Assembly: GCF_963921235.1 (NCBI RefSeq)
Contig: NC_086109.1
Coordinates: 33,048,001 to 33,112,000, forward strand
Direction of reading: 5' to 3'
DNA: 64,000 bases
From: Mobula hypostoma
Taxonomy: Eukaryota
The notes under the pieces are model-generated. The model saw nothing but the letters and a program-made list of their open reading frames with translations, did no database searches and was not told the DNA's origin. The translations under genes were made by a program, and so were the position numbers. This document shows positions 11,590 through 24,065 of this stretch, piece by piece; positions within the stretch are counted from its first letter, which is position 1, and the number at the start of each line of letters is the position of its first letter.

Positions 11590-12420
11590 GAGACATGTTG
11601 CAGCAATATAAAACTTTGGCTCGGCTGCATTTGGAGCATTGTGTGCAATTCTGGTCTCCCCATTACTGAAAGGATGTGGAGGCTTTGGAAAAGGCGCAAA
11701 GGAGGTTTTCCAGGATGCTACCAGGAATAAAAGGAATCAGGAGAGGTCGGACAAAATTGAGTTTCCTCTGGAAGCTGAGGGGAGACGTAATAGAAGTTTA
11801 TACAATTATGAGAAGTATGGATAAGGTAGATAGTCAGATTGTTTACCCCATAATAGAAATGTCAAATACCACACAGCATAGCTTTAAGGTGAGGATGAAA
11901 ACGTAAAGGAGATGTGTGGAGCAACGCAGAGTGAGGTGGGTGCATGGAACAGGGATGGTGGTGGAAGGAGTTCAGGCAGTGACATTCAAGGGGTTGTTAG
12001 GTAGTCACAGGGACATGCAGAGAATGGAGGGATGGATATGGATCATGTACAGGCAGAAGAGACTTAGTTTAATTTAGAATCGTGTTCAGTGCAGACATCA
12101 TGGGCCTATGTCCTATGTACTGCTTTCAATGTAACATGGCAGTGGTTTACAGTGGGAAGAAAGAGCCTTAAAGGGGATTTGAGGGAAACGTTTTAGTTTT
12201 AAGCACAGAGGGTAATTGATATCTGGTATTTGCTAACAGATGAGGTGGTAGAGTCATATACAGTCATTACATTTAAGATACCTCTAGTCAGGCACTTATG
12301 TAGGCAAGACACAGGCTGCACACCTCATGCAGTTAGTAGAATAGGTGTAGATGGGAAAAAAGGTTGGAATTGAAACAGTGGGCTTTAACGCCTGATTCTA
12401 TTGGGTACAACTCTATGAAG
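11590..12420 (+). mobile_element. Two decayed CR1 3' fragments
   Basis: EALEKAQRRFSRMLPG...LRGDVIEVYTIMRSMDKVD and two CR1-like 3' UTRs. Confidence 0.75.
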
Positions 12421-12571
12421 GATCTAACACGGAAGAATGATGATTCCTCTGCGGAGAAAGGGCTATAGGTGCTAACCATCAGGATGGTTTCCATGGGAAT
12501 GTTTGATCTGGTGCCATTATGATTTCAAGGAGTCCGGAGTCAATGTTGAGATTCCAAATGCCAATCTCATT

Positions 12572-12926
12572 CACTCATTCATTATGTGCCATGCTGTATG
12601 ACATAGGTGATCATGATCATTCTTTGCAATTTTTTTCTACAGAGTGGTTTTCCGTTGCCTTCTTCTGGGTAGTGTCTTTACCAGCTGGGTGACCTCAGCC
12701 ACTATCAGTACTCCAGAGATCATCTGCCTGGCGTTACTGGTCACATAAGCAGTGATGTGCACCAGCTGCTCATATGACCATCCACCACCGGCTCCCATGG
12801 CTTAACATGACCCTGATCGGGGCTAAGCAGGTGCTACACCTTGCTCAAAGACGACCTGCAGGCTAGCAGAGGGAAGGGATGCCTCACACCTCCTTTTGGT
12901 AGAGATGTATCTCTACCCCACCACCC
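12572..12926 (-). mobile_element. RTE-related SINE-like element
   Basis: Minus strand ends gaagaaggcaacggaaaaccactc...ggcacataatgaatgagtga (RTE-type tail). Confidence 0.55.
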
Positions 12927-13424
12927 TACTACTGCTAGTCTCTTCCACCAGTACAAATTGGACAGAACATTTTTTTCCTCATAAGATCTTATTCTATGAT
13001 GATGTCAGTTCGGATTCTTGTTTTTGGATGTTTATGAGGACATTTTTATGAGGTTGACTGTTATAGCAATATTTTGCCAGACCTGAATTTGGTATCTAGG
13101 TTGATGCCATGTGATCATTCATTCTCTCTTTCAGTATTGCAGTTTCATTACAGGTTGATATAGGGTTGTCCAGCTCAGAGGGAATTTAAGAGTCAATCAC
13201 TTGGTGGGTAAGTATGGAAGACAAATTTCACCTCCTTGATGGGCATCAATGAACTGGATATGTTTTTGCAATAATAATTTTTTTGTAATCATCATTACTA
13301 ATTTCAAATTAATAATGGAATTTACAAACCATTGCTGGTAGGGCAGGATTTCTCAAATACTTCTCTGACTTATAAAGTTGTTTACTTTTGTTTCGTAATG
13401 GCTTGTATGCCTGCTTTCTTTTGA

Positions 13425-14945
13425 TCATTAATCATCATTATCATCAGGTGTCGTGCCCAGTCTGAGCTTTGACTGCCATGGCCCACACACTTCTGTTTCA
13501 GGTCAAGTGGATCAATTCATTGGTATTCATTTCCAATTCTCTGGCTGCTGTCTCCATCATCATTTGTCTTTGTCTTCCTTTTGCTTTCTTCCCTTCAGTC
13601 TTTCCCATAATTACCACACACTCTAACTCTTCTTTCCTAATCACATGTCCAATGAAGTTACGTTGCCTTTTCATGATCTCATACATTATTTCTCTTTTTG
13701 TGTTTGCTCTGTTCATGACATCTTCATTAGATATTCGTTTCGTCCATGATATTCTTTGCATCCTCCTCAAAAACCACATCTCTACTGCTACAATTTGTTT
13801 CCTCATGTTACTAGATATCGTCCAACATTCTGAGCCATATAACATAACTGGATAAATGTAACATTTCAGTACTCTGAGGGGGGGTTGTCATGCCTAGTTT
13901 AGCATTGGTCAGTCTTTTGCCATCCCTATTCTTCTTCTGATGTCCAAGTCGCACCTGCCACCTGATGTTACCCAGCTTCCTAAGTAGCAGAAGTTCTGTA
14001 CTTGTTTTATGTCTTCCCCATTTATTCTCAGTTTGCATATAGGATTCTTCTTCTTTTTGGATATCACCATACATTCTGTCTTTTTTGCAATTGATAGATA
14101 GACCCATTTTTGCACTTTCTTCAACAATTATATCAATTAAGCTTTGTAGTTCTTCCTCCATACTTGCAATTAACAGAGTGTCATCTGCATATCTGAAATT
14201 ATTGATCTTTTCATGACCAACTTTGATTCTCAAGATGTCTCTTATTTTTTGTAATATTGTTTCACTGTACACATTAAATAAATCAGGGAAGAAAACACAC
14301 CCTTGTCTAATGCCTCTCTTGCTTTTTGTAAACTGACTCACTTCTCCATCTATTCTTACAGAGGCAGTTTGTTCCCAGTACAGATTTCTGATTAGGCGGA
14401 GGTCTTTCGAATCTAGATCTAGAGTTTCCTGTAATATTTCAAATAACTTATTGTGCTTCACTTTATCAAATGCTTTTGTGTAGTTGATAAAACAAACAAA
14501 TCTTTTTGCACTTGAATAGCTTGTTCTGATAGTATCCTTAACATCAATATTGCATTTCTTGTACCTTTGTCTTTCACAAAACCACGCTGTTCTTTGCCTA
14601 TTTCAGCTTGTATCTTACTTTTAGCTCTTGTCATCAAAATTCTTAGAAGTATCTTGGTGATATGACTCATTAAACTTATGTTCCTATGTAATCCACATTC
14701 TATTAACCATATAATAATTACAGCACAGAAACAGGCCATCTCGGCCCTTCTAGTCTGTGCCGAACTCTTACTCTCCTCTCACCTAGTCCCACTGACCCGC
14801 ATTCAGCCCATAACCCTCCATTCCTTTCCTGTCCATATAGCTATCAATATTGCTCCAGCTTTCTAAGGAAGAGTGATAAATACTGATTTTTTTCATCTCT
14901 TCTGGTATTATTCCAGTCTCATAAATTTCATTAATTACAATCACT
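13425..14945 (-). mobile_element. RTE-clade LINE, 5'-truncated and frameshifted, with a small CR1 tail inserted at about 14706-14846
   Basis: GIRQGCVFFPDLFNVYSE, FRYADDTLL, LYGSECWT...EMWFLRRMQRISW; (tga)n tail. Confidence 0.92.
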
Positions 14946-15340
14946 AATAATGGGCCAAAGTTCAGGCTGGCTATTTGTAACAGATGATTGGAACTGCATT
15001 TAGTAGATTTTTAAATGGCTTAGCCAAAAATGGCAAAGGTTGCCACTTCCTTTCCCTTCCTTTCTCCCCCACCCTTCATCTTCCTGTGTTCTGTGTCTGT
15101 TTCTGTGCAGCTGGTGACAAAGGTCAAGTCCTCAAGTTGGCAATGGCAGGTGGTGTAGAGCAAACCAGCAGGAGTATTGACACCATCTATACTGAGTACT
15201 GTAAGCTTTCCCAGGACCGTCCAGTCATTGAGCATTCTGGATCTGCTCTATCACATTCAGTATGTTCATGCCAACAACGTCGGACTGATTCCAGCACCGA
15301 GGTCACACACCATGTCCAGACTGGATAAACACTTTCTTAC

Positions 15341-15369
15341 TTTCCTCTGATTACTCTCAGAGGAAGAGG
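15341..15369 (-). CDS. Candidate pi16 micro-exon with ambiguous donor (29 nt or 15 nt)
   Basis: Acceptor ctttccttgtcag|CC TCT TCC TCT GAG A; strong donor GTAAGA gives 29 nt (phase 1-0); weak internal donor GTAATC gives 15 nt (phase 1-1). Confidence 0.3.
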
Positions 15370-15399
15370 CTGACAAGGAAAGTCCAAGACAAAATGAAA

Positions 15400-15780
15400 G
15401 GGCTTCCAATATTGCAAAGTATGGAATCTAGAAGATTGTGAAATCTTTTTAAAAAACACCAAAAGTCAACTAACAAAGCAATAAAGAAAGAAAATATGAA
15501 ATTATAAAGTAAGCTAGCCAATAATATAAAAGACGATACCAAAAGTTTTTTTTTCAGATTTAAAAAGACTTAAAAGAGAGGAGAGGATGGAGATGAGACC
15601 ACTGAAAAATGACCCTGGAGAGGTGGTACTGGGAGACAAAGAAATGGCAGACAAACTCAATAAGTATTTTGCATTAGTCCTCACTGTGGAAGTCACTAGC
15701 AGTATGCCAGAGATTGTCAGAGGGCAGAAGTGAATGTAGTTGCTTTTACTGAGAAGGCGCTTGGGAAGCTGAAAGGTCTG
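15400..15780 (+). mobile_element. CR1 ORF2 internal fragment
   Basis: aaatatgaa..aagctagccaataatataaaagacgataccaaaagt...gaaatggcagacaaactcaataagtattttgca. Confidence 0.75.
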
Positions 15781-16940
15781 AAGACCATAAGACCACAAGA
15801 TATAGTAGAATTGGGCCATTTGGCCCATTGAGTCTGCTCTGCCATTTCTTCATGGCTGATCGAATTTTCTTTTCAGCCCCAGTCTCCTGCGTTCCCCGTA
15901 TCCCTTCATGTCCTGACCAATCAAGAATCTATCAACCTTTCCCTTAAATACACATGAAGGCTTGGCCTCCACAGCTGCCTGTGGCAAAGAATTCCACAGA
16001 TTCAAGACTCTCTGGCTAAAGAAATTCCTCCTCATCTCCATTCTAAAAGGGTGCCCCTCTATTATGAGACTGTGTCCTCTGGGTCTTAGACTCTCCCACC
16101 ATAGGAATCATCCTCTCTGCATCAAGGCTTTTCACCATTTCAATGAGGTTGCCCCCTCATTCTGAGTTCCAGTACAGGCCCAGAGCCATCAAACACTCTT
16201 CATATGACAAACCATTCAATCCTGGAATAATTTTCATGAACCTCTCTGGTTACACCACACGCTTTCTAAGATAAGAGGTCCAAAACTGCGCACAATAGTC
16301 CAACTGAGGCCTCACCAGTGCTTTACAAAATCTCAACGTTTATATTCTAGTCCTCTTGAAACGAATGCTAACATTCTATTTGTCTTCCTCACCACAGACT
16401 CAACCTGCAAACTAACCTTCAGGGAATCCTGCACAAGAACTCCCAAGTCCGTTTGCACCTCAGTTTTTTGTATTTTCTCTTCGTTTAAAAAAAGTCAGTC
16501 GTTTTAGCTCTTTCACCAAAGCGTGTGACATTACACTTACCGACACTGCATTCCATTTGCCATTCCATTCCCCATTCTCCTAATCTGTCTGAGTTCTTCT
16601 GTAGCCTCTCTGCTTCCTCAAAACTACCTGCCCCTCCACCTATCTTCAAATCATCTGCAAACTTTACAACAAAGCCGTCAATTCCATCATCCAAATCATT
16701 AACATATGAAGTAAAAAGAATCGGTCCCAAAACAGACCATTGTGGAACACCACTAGTCACCAGCAGCCAGTCAGAAAAGGCTCCCTTTATTCCCACTCTT
16801 TGCCTCCTGCCAATCAGCCACTGCTTTATCCATGCTGGAATCTTCCCTGTAACACCATGGGCTTGTAGTTTGTTAAGCAGCCTCATGGGTGGCACCTTCT
16901 TAAAGGCCTTCTGAAAATCCAAGTACACAACATCACTTGG
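15781..16940 (-). mobile_element. 5'-truncated CR1
   Basis: [28 protein letters not shown]; cttatggtc tail. Confidence 0.92.
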
Positions 16941-16959
16941 CTCTCTTTCTCCGGCATGC

Positions 16960-18125
16960 ACACAGGCAGGGGCTAAAGAACAAGGGTCCAGAGATTAGGA
17001 CAACAAGGAGGTAGTTGTGGGAGGCAGAGGAGAGGCTATGGGATCACTTTGATTCAGTTGCATTGGCCGTGTTCAAGGACTCATCAGTGGATCTGAATGA
17101 GTGCACCATGGTTGTCATAGACTTTATAAAAGCCGTGGTAGATGAATGTGTGTCCACAAAATCATTCAGGGTCATCCCAACCAGAAGGCCTGGATAGACC
17201 ATGAGATCTGTAATCTGCTGAGGGCCATATCAGAGACACCTGGGAATGGCAACCAGTAAGTTACAAGAGGTCCCGATACAATCTCTAGCAAGCCAACTCA
17301 TGGGCAAAGTGGCAATTCGGGACCAAACTTGAAGTAATGAAGGATGCCTGACAGCTGTGGCAGGGCTTGAAAGAGAACACCTCTTACAAAGTGAAATCAA
17401 GTAACATAAGTGACAACAGGACTTTGCTTCCAGATGAGCCCGATTCCCTCTATGCTTGCTTTGACTGTCAAAAGATGGAACAACCTTCTCAAATCCCCAC
17501 AGGCCCCAGTGACCCTGTGATTTCAGTCTCTGAGGCCGATGTGAGGTCGTCCTTCAGGATGGTGAACCCACGGAATGCATCCAGCCCAGACGGGGTACCT
17601 GTCCAAGTACTAAAGACCTGTGCTGATCAACTACCTGGAGCTTTCACCAATACCTGTAACCTCTTGCTTCGTCAGTCAGCGGCACACACCTGTTTCAAAC
17701 AAGATTCAGTTATACCGATGCCTAAGGAAAACATGGTAGGCTGCTTCAAGAAATATCACCCGATAGCACTTACATCCACTGTGATTAAGTGTTTTGAGAG
17801 GTTGGCGATTAAACATATCAACTCCTGCCTAAGAAGTGTCTTGAATCCATTCCAATTCGCCTACCGGCACAACAGGTCCATAGCAGATGGCAGTTCATTG
17901 GCTCTTCACACAACCCTGGACTATTTGGACAGCAAAGCTGCATATATCAGGATGCACTTTATTGATTACAGCTCAGCATTCATTACTATCAGCCCCTGGA
18001 AGCTAATCAATAAGCTTCAGGACATTGGCCTCAATACATCCTTGTGCAATTGGATCCTTGATTTCCTCTCTTGCAGTTTGGATTGAAAACAGCATCTCCT
18101 CCACAACTTCCATCAGCACCGAAAG
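16960..18125 (+). mobile_element. Decayed Rex1/Babar LINE (RT N-half)
   Basis: ORF 17367-18086: YHPIALTSTVIKCFERL, FQFAYRHNRS..D, FIDYSSAF. Confidence 0.9.
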
Positions 18126-18299
18126 GCCACATGCTTTGCTCCCTGCTCTACACTGCAAGGTAGAGCTGGTGATCCATGGAGAGGTTCTGCAGGCTATGTA
18201 CAATACTTCCAAATATTCCTCTTTTGAATTGCTCTCACTGCACCCTGCGGCTTGTAATTTCCTTTAAGCAATGTCCTTTTAAATCAAACTTAGATTTCA

Positions 18300-19885
18300 C
18301 AATCTTCTAAAGGACTCAGCGGACCAAGCAGGGACAAAGGTTCATCACCATGGCGGAAAGCAAGGCAGGAAGGGGGTAGGTGACTCCAAGCCAGGCTGAA
18401 ACACAGAGTGATGAGGCCCCCTCTACCCAGCATCTTGCTGGCAAATGTGCAGTTGCTGGAGGACCTGAGGGCAAGATTGCTGCATGTTCCAAGTATGTCT
18501 GAGCAAGGCCTGGGTTTCTCTGGGCATACCAGATACACCAATCAAACTGGAAGGCTTCCCTATCTGCTGTATGGTCCAAGATGCTGATTCAGAAGAAACA
18601 AAACGGTGGAGGTGTGTCTTTCATGATAAACTCTTGGTAGTGCTCCAATGTAGTTGTTTTGTCGAACTCATGTTCCCCCGACCTTGAACACCTGACAGTC
18701 AAATGCCATTCATTCTATTCACCTAGGGAGTTCTCCTCCATAACCCTGGCCGCAATTTACATACCACCAATGGCTGATTATAATCAAGCACTTAAGACGA
18801 TATATGATGTCCTCTCCAAACAAAAATCAGTCCATACCAATGCATTTCAGATCATAGTCAGGGATTTCAACCAGGCTTGTCTGAAGAAAACCCTGCCCAA
18901 TTACCATCAGCACATAACCTGTAGCACCAGAGGTCCTAACACACTAGACCACTGTTATACTAAGATAAGCAATTCCTAATGTTCCATGCCCAGATGGCAC
19001 TTCAGTAAACCTGATCACATGGTTGTCCTTCTCCAATCTTCAGACAGGCAGAGGCTAAAGAGCAACACTCCAGAGGTTAGGACAACAAAGAGGTCACAGG
19101 AGACAGAGCAGCAGCTATGGAGTTGCTTCGAGTCAGAGAGCTGGGCCGTGTTCAAGGACTCATCTGTGGATCTGAATGACTACACCATGGTTGTCACAGA
19201 CTTCATTAAAAAAAAGTTGTAGACGTGCGAGTTTCCACAAAATCATTGAGTCTTCCCCAATAGAAAGCCCTGGATGAACCATGAGATCCGCAGCTGCTGA
19301 GGGCCAAATCAGAGGCATTCAAGTCTGATCAAAAAAGTCACAAGAGTTCCAGATACAATCTCCAGAATGCCATCTCATGGCAAAGTGGTAATTCCAGACT
19401 AAATTTGAATCAACAAAGAATGTTCAACAGTTGTGCCAGGTCTTGAATATTATCACCTCTTATAAAGTTAAATCAAGTGACATAGGCGACAGCAGGGCTC
19501 TGCTTCCAGATGAGCTCAATACCTTTTATGTTCACAATGATCGGCAAAGCATGGAGGAACCATCACGGACTCCCACAGCCCCTGACAATCCTGTGATTTC
19601 AGTCTCTGAGGTTGGTGTGGGAGCAGCCTTCAGTGGGGAGAACCCATGAAAAGCATCCAGCCCAGAAGGGGTACCTGGCCAAGTACTGACGACCTGTTCT
19701 GATCAACTGGCTGGTGTGTTCACTGAGATCATTAACCTCTGGCTTCGGCAGTCTGAGGTACCCACCTGCTTCAGGCCAGCTTCAGTCATACCGATGCCCA
19801 AGAAGAACGTGATAACCTGCCTCAGTAACTATTAGCACTTACATCCACAGTGATGAAGTGTTTCGAGAAGTTGGTGGTGAAACTT
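18300..19885 (+). mobile_element. Decayed Rex1/Babar LINE (endonuclease to RT start)
   Basis: CSPDLEHLTVKCHSFYSPREFSS...AIYIPP, DFNQACL, TRGPNTLDHCY. Confidence 0.9.
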
Positions 19886-20439
19886 TGAACTCTGAATTAT
19901 CCATCTAGTTTAGAATCGTGAATTAACCTATGAAACCACATGGCTTTGAGATGTGGGAGTAAGCTGGAACACCCCAGGCAAAGAGAAAATGCAAACTCCA
20001 TTCAGGCAACTTTAGAAAACAGGATGAAATGAAGTTTGCTGGTGCTGTGATACAGAAGCAGCCCCTGCTGCACCCCTCTGCCACCTCTATTTCCACGTTT
20101 TGGTTTGCAGTTGGCCAGATCCAGTTATCATAGAAGTTAAAGATTGAAGTAATCATAGTTGCTGCCATGATACAAGGAACGCCATGTTGCCCTGCAAATG
20201 GTCAAACACTTATGGGGTATTAAAGGCATTCAGCTGTTCCAGATCTCAGAGATGACTTGTTCCATCCACAAAGTTATTATACATGCAGTTAATAACACTG
20301 TGCCCCATGAGGAAGCCTCTCACATATATATGTTCCCCTGCCAGGTTCTACCTTCTACAGCAAGGGAGTAGGTTGTAACCTGTTCTCTGAACAGAGTTTA
20401 TCACTGGTCAGTGTGATCTTGACTGGAAACAGCAATGTA

Positions 20440-20535
20440 GTAACATACAAACTGGTGAAGGAACTTAGTGGGTCAGGCGGCATCTGTGGAAGAAAATGGA
20501 CAGTCAACGTTTTGGGTCGAGACCCTCTCTCTGGA
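20440..20535 (-). mobile_element. Solo Penelope pLTR remnant with degenerate hammerhead
   Basis: Minus strand gggtctcgacccaaaacgttgactg...cagatgccgcctgacccactaagttcc. Confidence 0.6.
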
Positions 20536-20768
20536 TTGGAATTCAGTGTTGTTTATGGCCTACTGCCAGGTTGTTGCCTTCTGAAACAAGCAGTAGATTT
20601 AAGTGAAGATGTCAATGTAAGCAGCAAGATGTCTCCTGCAAGTTAAAGTTGGAAAATTGTTCAGGATAATTCTGTAAAACTCTTCTCTCCCTACCATGCT
20701 CCTCCCTGTGGACTTCAGTACATAGAATTATATTTTAAAAAGTCAATAGTAACCAATTTACAACTAAC

Positions 20769-20825
20769 AGTGATTTTGGTTCATATTGCTAGTGGTAGGC
20801 CCACTGCTGCTGATTGCTTGTTTAG
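20769..20825 (-). CDS. pi16: Candidate pi16 exon 5 (Ser/Thr-rich stalk)
   Basis: Acceptor ttttctttctgatacctgtgcag|CT, 57 nt, phase 1-1 compatible with exon 4, donor T|GTTAGT; encodes (T)KQAISSSGPTTSNMNQNH; lies in non-TE sequence. Confidence 0.5.
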
Positions 20826-21085
20826 CTGCACAGGTATCAGAAAGAAAATTAGTCAGGTCATAGTGGTCTAGAATGCAGAGCAGCATCAAATCCACACTGC
20901 ATGCCAATTGTTGCTACAGCTTACCCACTTGAGAGTGTTTGTTGCACTTACAGTCTCACCAAAATAAATCTGGTATAACTCATGTCAGATATTAGTTTGC
21001 AAACTTTTAGTATTAAGTTGGAACAACTTCAAAATCCATGATATTTTAAAGAGATAAATAGCGGAGGAAGATAATAAGTCAGTGA

Positions 21086-23666
21086 ACACAAAATAATCTG
21101 CAGATTCTGGGGTCAAAGCAACATTCACAACACGCTGGAGGAACTCAGCAGGTCAGGCAGCATCCGTGGAAACGATCAGTCAACATTTTGGGCCGGAACC
21201 CTTCATCACAGGGAGGAGGCAGAGGCCCTATAAAGAAGGTGGGGGAAGGGGGGGAGGGTGGGAAGGAGAAGGCTGGTAGGTTCCAGGTGAAAAACCAGTA
21301 AGGGGAAAGATAAAGGGGTGGGGGAGGGGAAGCAGGGAGTTGATAGGCAGGAAAGGTGAAGAAGGAATAGGGGAAACCACAATGGGTAGTAGAAGGAGGT
21401 GGAACCATGAGGGAGGTGATAGGCAGCTGGGGGAGGGGGAAGAGTGACATAGGGATAGAGGAAGTTGGGGGGGGGAATTACTGGAAGCTGGAGAATTCTA
21501 TGTTCATACCAAGGTGCTGGAGACTACCTAGACGGTATATGAGGTCTTGCTCCTCCAGCCTGAGTTTAGCCTAATCATGGCAGTAGAGGAGGCCATGTAT
21601 GGACATATCTGAATAGGAGTGGGAAGCAGAGTTGAAGTGGGTGGCTACTGGGAGGTCCTGTCTGTTGTGGTGGACGGAGTGCAGGTGCTAGATGAAGTGG
21701 TCCCCCAATCTGTGTTGGGTTTCACTGATGTAGAGGAGGCTGCACCAGGAGCACCGGATGCAATAGATGACCCCAACAGACTCACAAGTGAAGTGTTGCC
21801 TCACCTGAAAGGACTGTTTGGGGCCCTGAATGGTGGCAAGAGAGGAGGTGTAGGGACAGGTGCAGCACTTGTGCTTACAGGGATAAGTGCTGGGTGGGAG
21901 ATCCGTGGGGAGGGACGTGTGGATCAGGGAGTCGCGGAGGGACCGATCCCTGCGGAAAGCGGAGAGGAGTGGACAGGGAAAGATGTGCTTAGTGGTGGGG
22001 TCCTGTTGAAGGTGGCGGAAGTTGTGGAGGATAATGTGCTGGATCCGGAGGCTGGTGGGGTGGTAGGTGAGGACAAGGGGAACTCTGTCCCTGTTGTGGT
22101 GGCGGGAGGATGGGGTGAGGGCCGAAGTGCGGGAAATGGAGGAGATGCGGGTGAGGACGTCATTGAAGACAGCAGAAGGGAAACCATGATCCTTAAAGAA
22201 AGAGGACATTTGAGATGTCCTAGAATGGAAAACCTCATCCTTGGAGCAGATGCGGCGGAGACGGAGGAACTGGGATTAGGGAATGGCATTTTTGCATGTG
22301 GCAGGGTGGGAAGAGGTATAGTTGAGGTAGTTATGAGAGTCAGTGGGCTTGTAGAAGATGTCAGTGGACAGTCTGTCTCCAGAGATGGAGAATGAGAGAT
22401 CGAGAAAGGGGAGAGAAGTGTCAGAGATAGACCAAGTGAATTTGAGGGCTGGGAGGAAGTTAGAAGTAAAGTCGATGAAATTGACGGGCTCAGCATGGGT
22501 GCAGGAAGCAGCATCAATGTAGTCATCAATGTAGCGAAGGAAAAGTTGGGGAGCAGTACCAGAATAGGTTTGGAGCACAGACTGTTCCACATAGCCAACG
22601 AAGAGGCAGGCGTAACTGGGTCCCATGCGAGTTCCCATAGCTACACCCTTAGTCTGAAGAATGTGGGAAGAGCCAAAAGAGAAGTTATTGAGTGTGAGAT
22701 CCAGTTCCGCCAACCGGAGGAGGGTAGCAGTGGTGGGAAATTGGTGAGGTCTATTATCCAGGAAGTAGCGGAGGGCTTTGCGGCCTTCTTGATGGGGAAT
22801 GGAGGTGTATAGGGATTGGACATTCATAGTGAAAATGAAGTGGTTGACACTGGGGAACTGGAAGTTATTGAAGAGGTGGAGGGCACGGGATGTATCCTGG
22901 ATGTAGGTGGGGAGGGACTGAACTATGGGTGACAAAATGGTCTGCCTACCTGGACTCCCTGGGCCCCAAACAGTCTTTCCAAGTGAGGCAACACTTCACT
23001 TGTGAGTCTGTTGGGGTCATCTATTGCATCCGGTGCTCCCGGTGCGGCCTCTTCTACATCAGTGAAACCCAACGCAGATTGGGGGACTGCTTCGTCGAGC
23101 ACCTCCGCTCCGTCCACCACAACAGACAGGATCTCCCAGTAGCCACCCACTTCAACTCTGCTTCCCACTCCCATTCAGATATGTCCATATATGGTCTCCT
23201 CTACTGCCATGATGAGGCTAAACTCAGGTTGGAGGAGCAACACCTCATATACCATCTAGGTAGTCTCCAGCCCCTTGGTATGAACATAGAATTCCGGTAA
23301 TTCCCTCCTCCTCCCTTCCTCTATCCCTATGTCACTCTGCCCCCTCCCCCAGCTGCCTATCACCTCCCTCATGGTTCCACCTCTTTCTACTACCCATTGT
23401 GTTTTCCCCTATTCTTTCTTCACCTTTCCTGCCTATCACCTCCCTGCCTCCTCTTCCCCACCCCTTTATCTTTCCCCTTACTGGTTTTTCACCTGGAACC
23501 TACCAGCCTTCTCCTTCCCACCCTCCCCCCCTTCCCCCACCTTCTTTATGGGACCTCTGCCCCTTCGCTCTACAGTCCTGACGAAGGGTTCCGGCCCGAA
23601 ACATTGACTGATCATTTCCACGGATGCTGCCCGACCTGCTGAGTTCCTCCAGCATGTCGTGAGTGT
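21086..23666 (-). mobile_element. Penelope-like element (RT + GIY-YIG remnants) with inverted 3'/pLTR arm and 14-bp TSD
   Basis: Minus arm about 21086-22945 (QTKGVAMGTRMGPSYA, LRYIDD, FLDL, VIYCIRCS.C.LLYI.ET); plus arm about 22946-23666; TSD taataagtcagtga at 21072-21085 and 23667-23680. Confidence 0.93.
23573..23610 (+). ncRNA. Minimal type I hammerhead ribozyme motif in pLTR
   Basis: cagtc-CTGACGA-aggg ttccgg ccc-GAAA-catt-gactg; core and stems I/II intact, stem III palindrome mutated. Confidence 0.75.
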
Positions 23667-23717
23667 TAATAAGTCAGTGACAATTTAGCTTCAATTATCA
23701 TGCAAAAGCATACTTAC

Positions 23718-23806
23718 TGCAAAGTTTATCAATGCACTTATATTCAGGTGGACATGCACTGCAGGGAGCTCCTTTCTTATATGGTTTTGAACCAACGTAA
23801 TTACCT
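23718..23806 (-). CDS. pi16: PI16-like coding exon 4 (end of CAP domain + Cys-rich hinge)
   Basis: Acceptor tttcttttctcag|A, 89 nt, phase 2-1, donor [36 protein letters not shown] resembles the PI16/GLIPR1 hinge (GN...PY..G.PCS.CP..Y.C...LC). Confidence 0.95.
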
Positions 23807-24065
23807 CTGAGAAAAGAAATACCATGCAAAAATCTGATCAGAATTTTCAAATGTTTTGTATTTACAAATAATGCAAATCTATTTTGGATCTGTGACTTTT
23901 ACTCTTCATGCACTTATTTATATTAATGGTGGCATATTATTACTTCATTGTCAATAATCGAATATTAATTGAAGAGATCAGAGAAGCAAAAGTGTAACAT
24001 AAGAAAGATATTTTATTCTAGTTTGGCTAAAAGATCCAATTACCTTGCAGATAATTTGTACTTAC

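Noticed and set aside
9258..15328. Two plus-strand exon-like segments (9258-9344 and 15111-15328) as an antisense gene
   Set aside because: Good acceptors but incompatible phases and no recognisable protein; would need RNA evidence
19923..20190. Phase-1 open frame as a terminal pi16 exon
   Set aside because: Poor polypyrimidine tract, the 3' part is SINE-like sequence, and the composition is not stalk- or GPI-like
21619..22598. 258-aa and 224-aa ORFs
   Set aside because: Antisense or alternative-frame shadows of the Penelope ORF; similar shadows occur at 41856-42548 and 55823-56170
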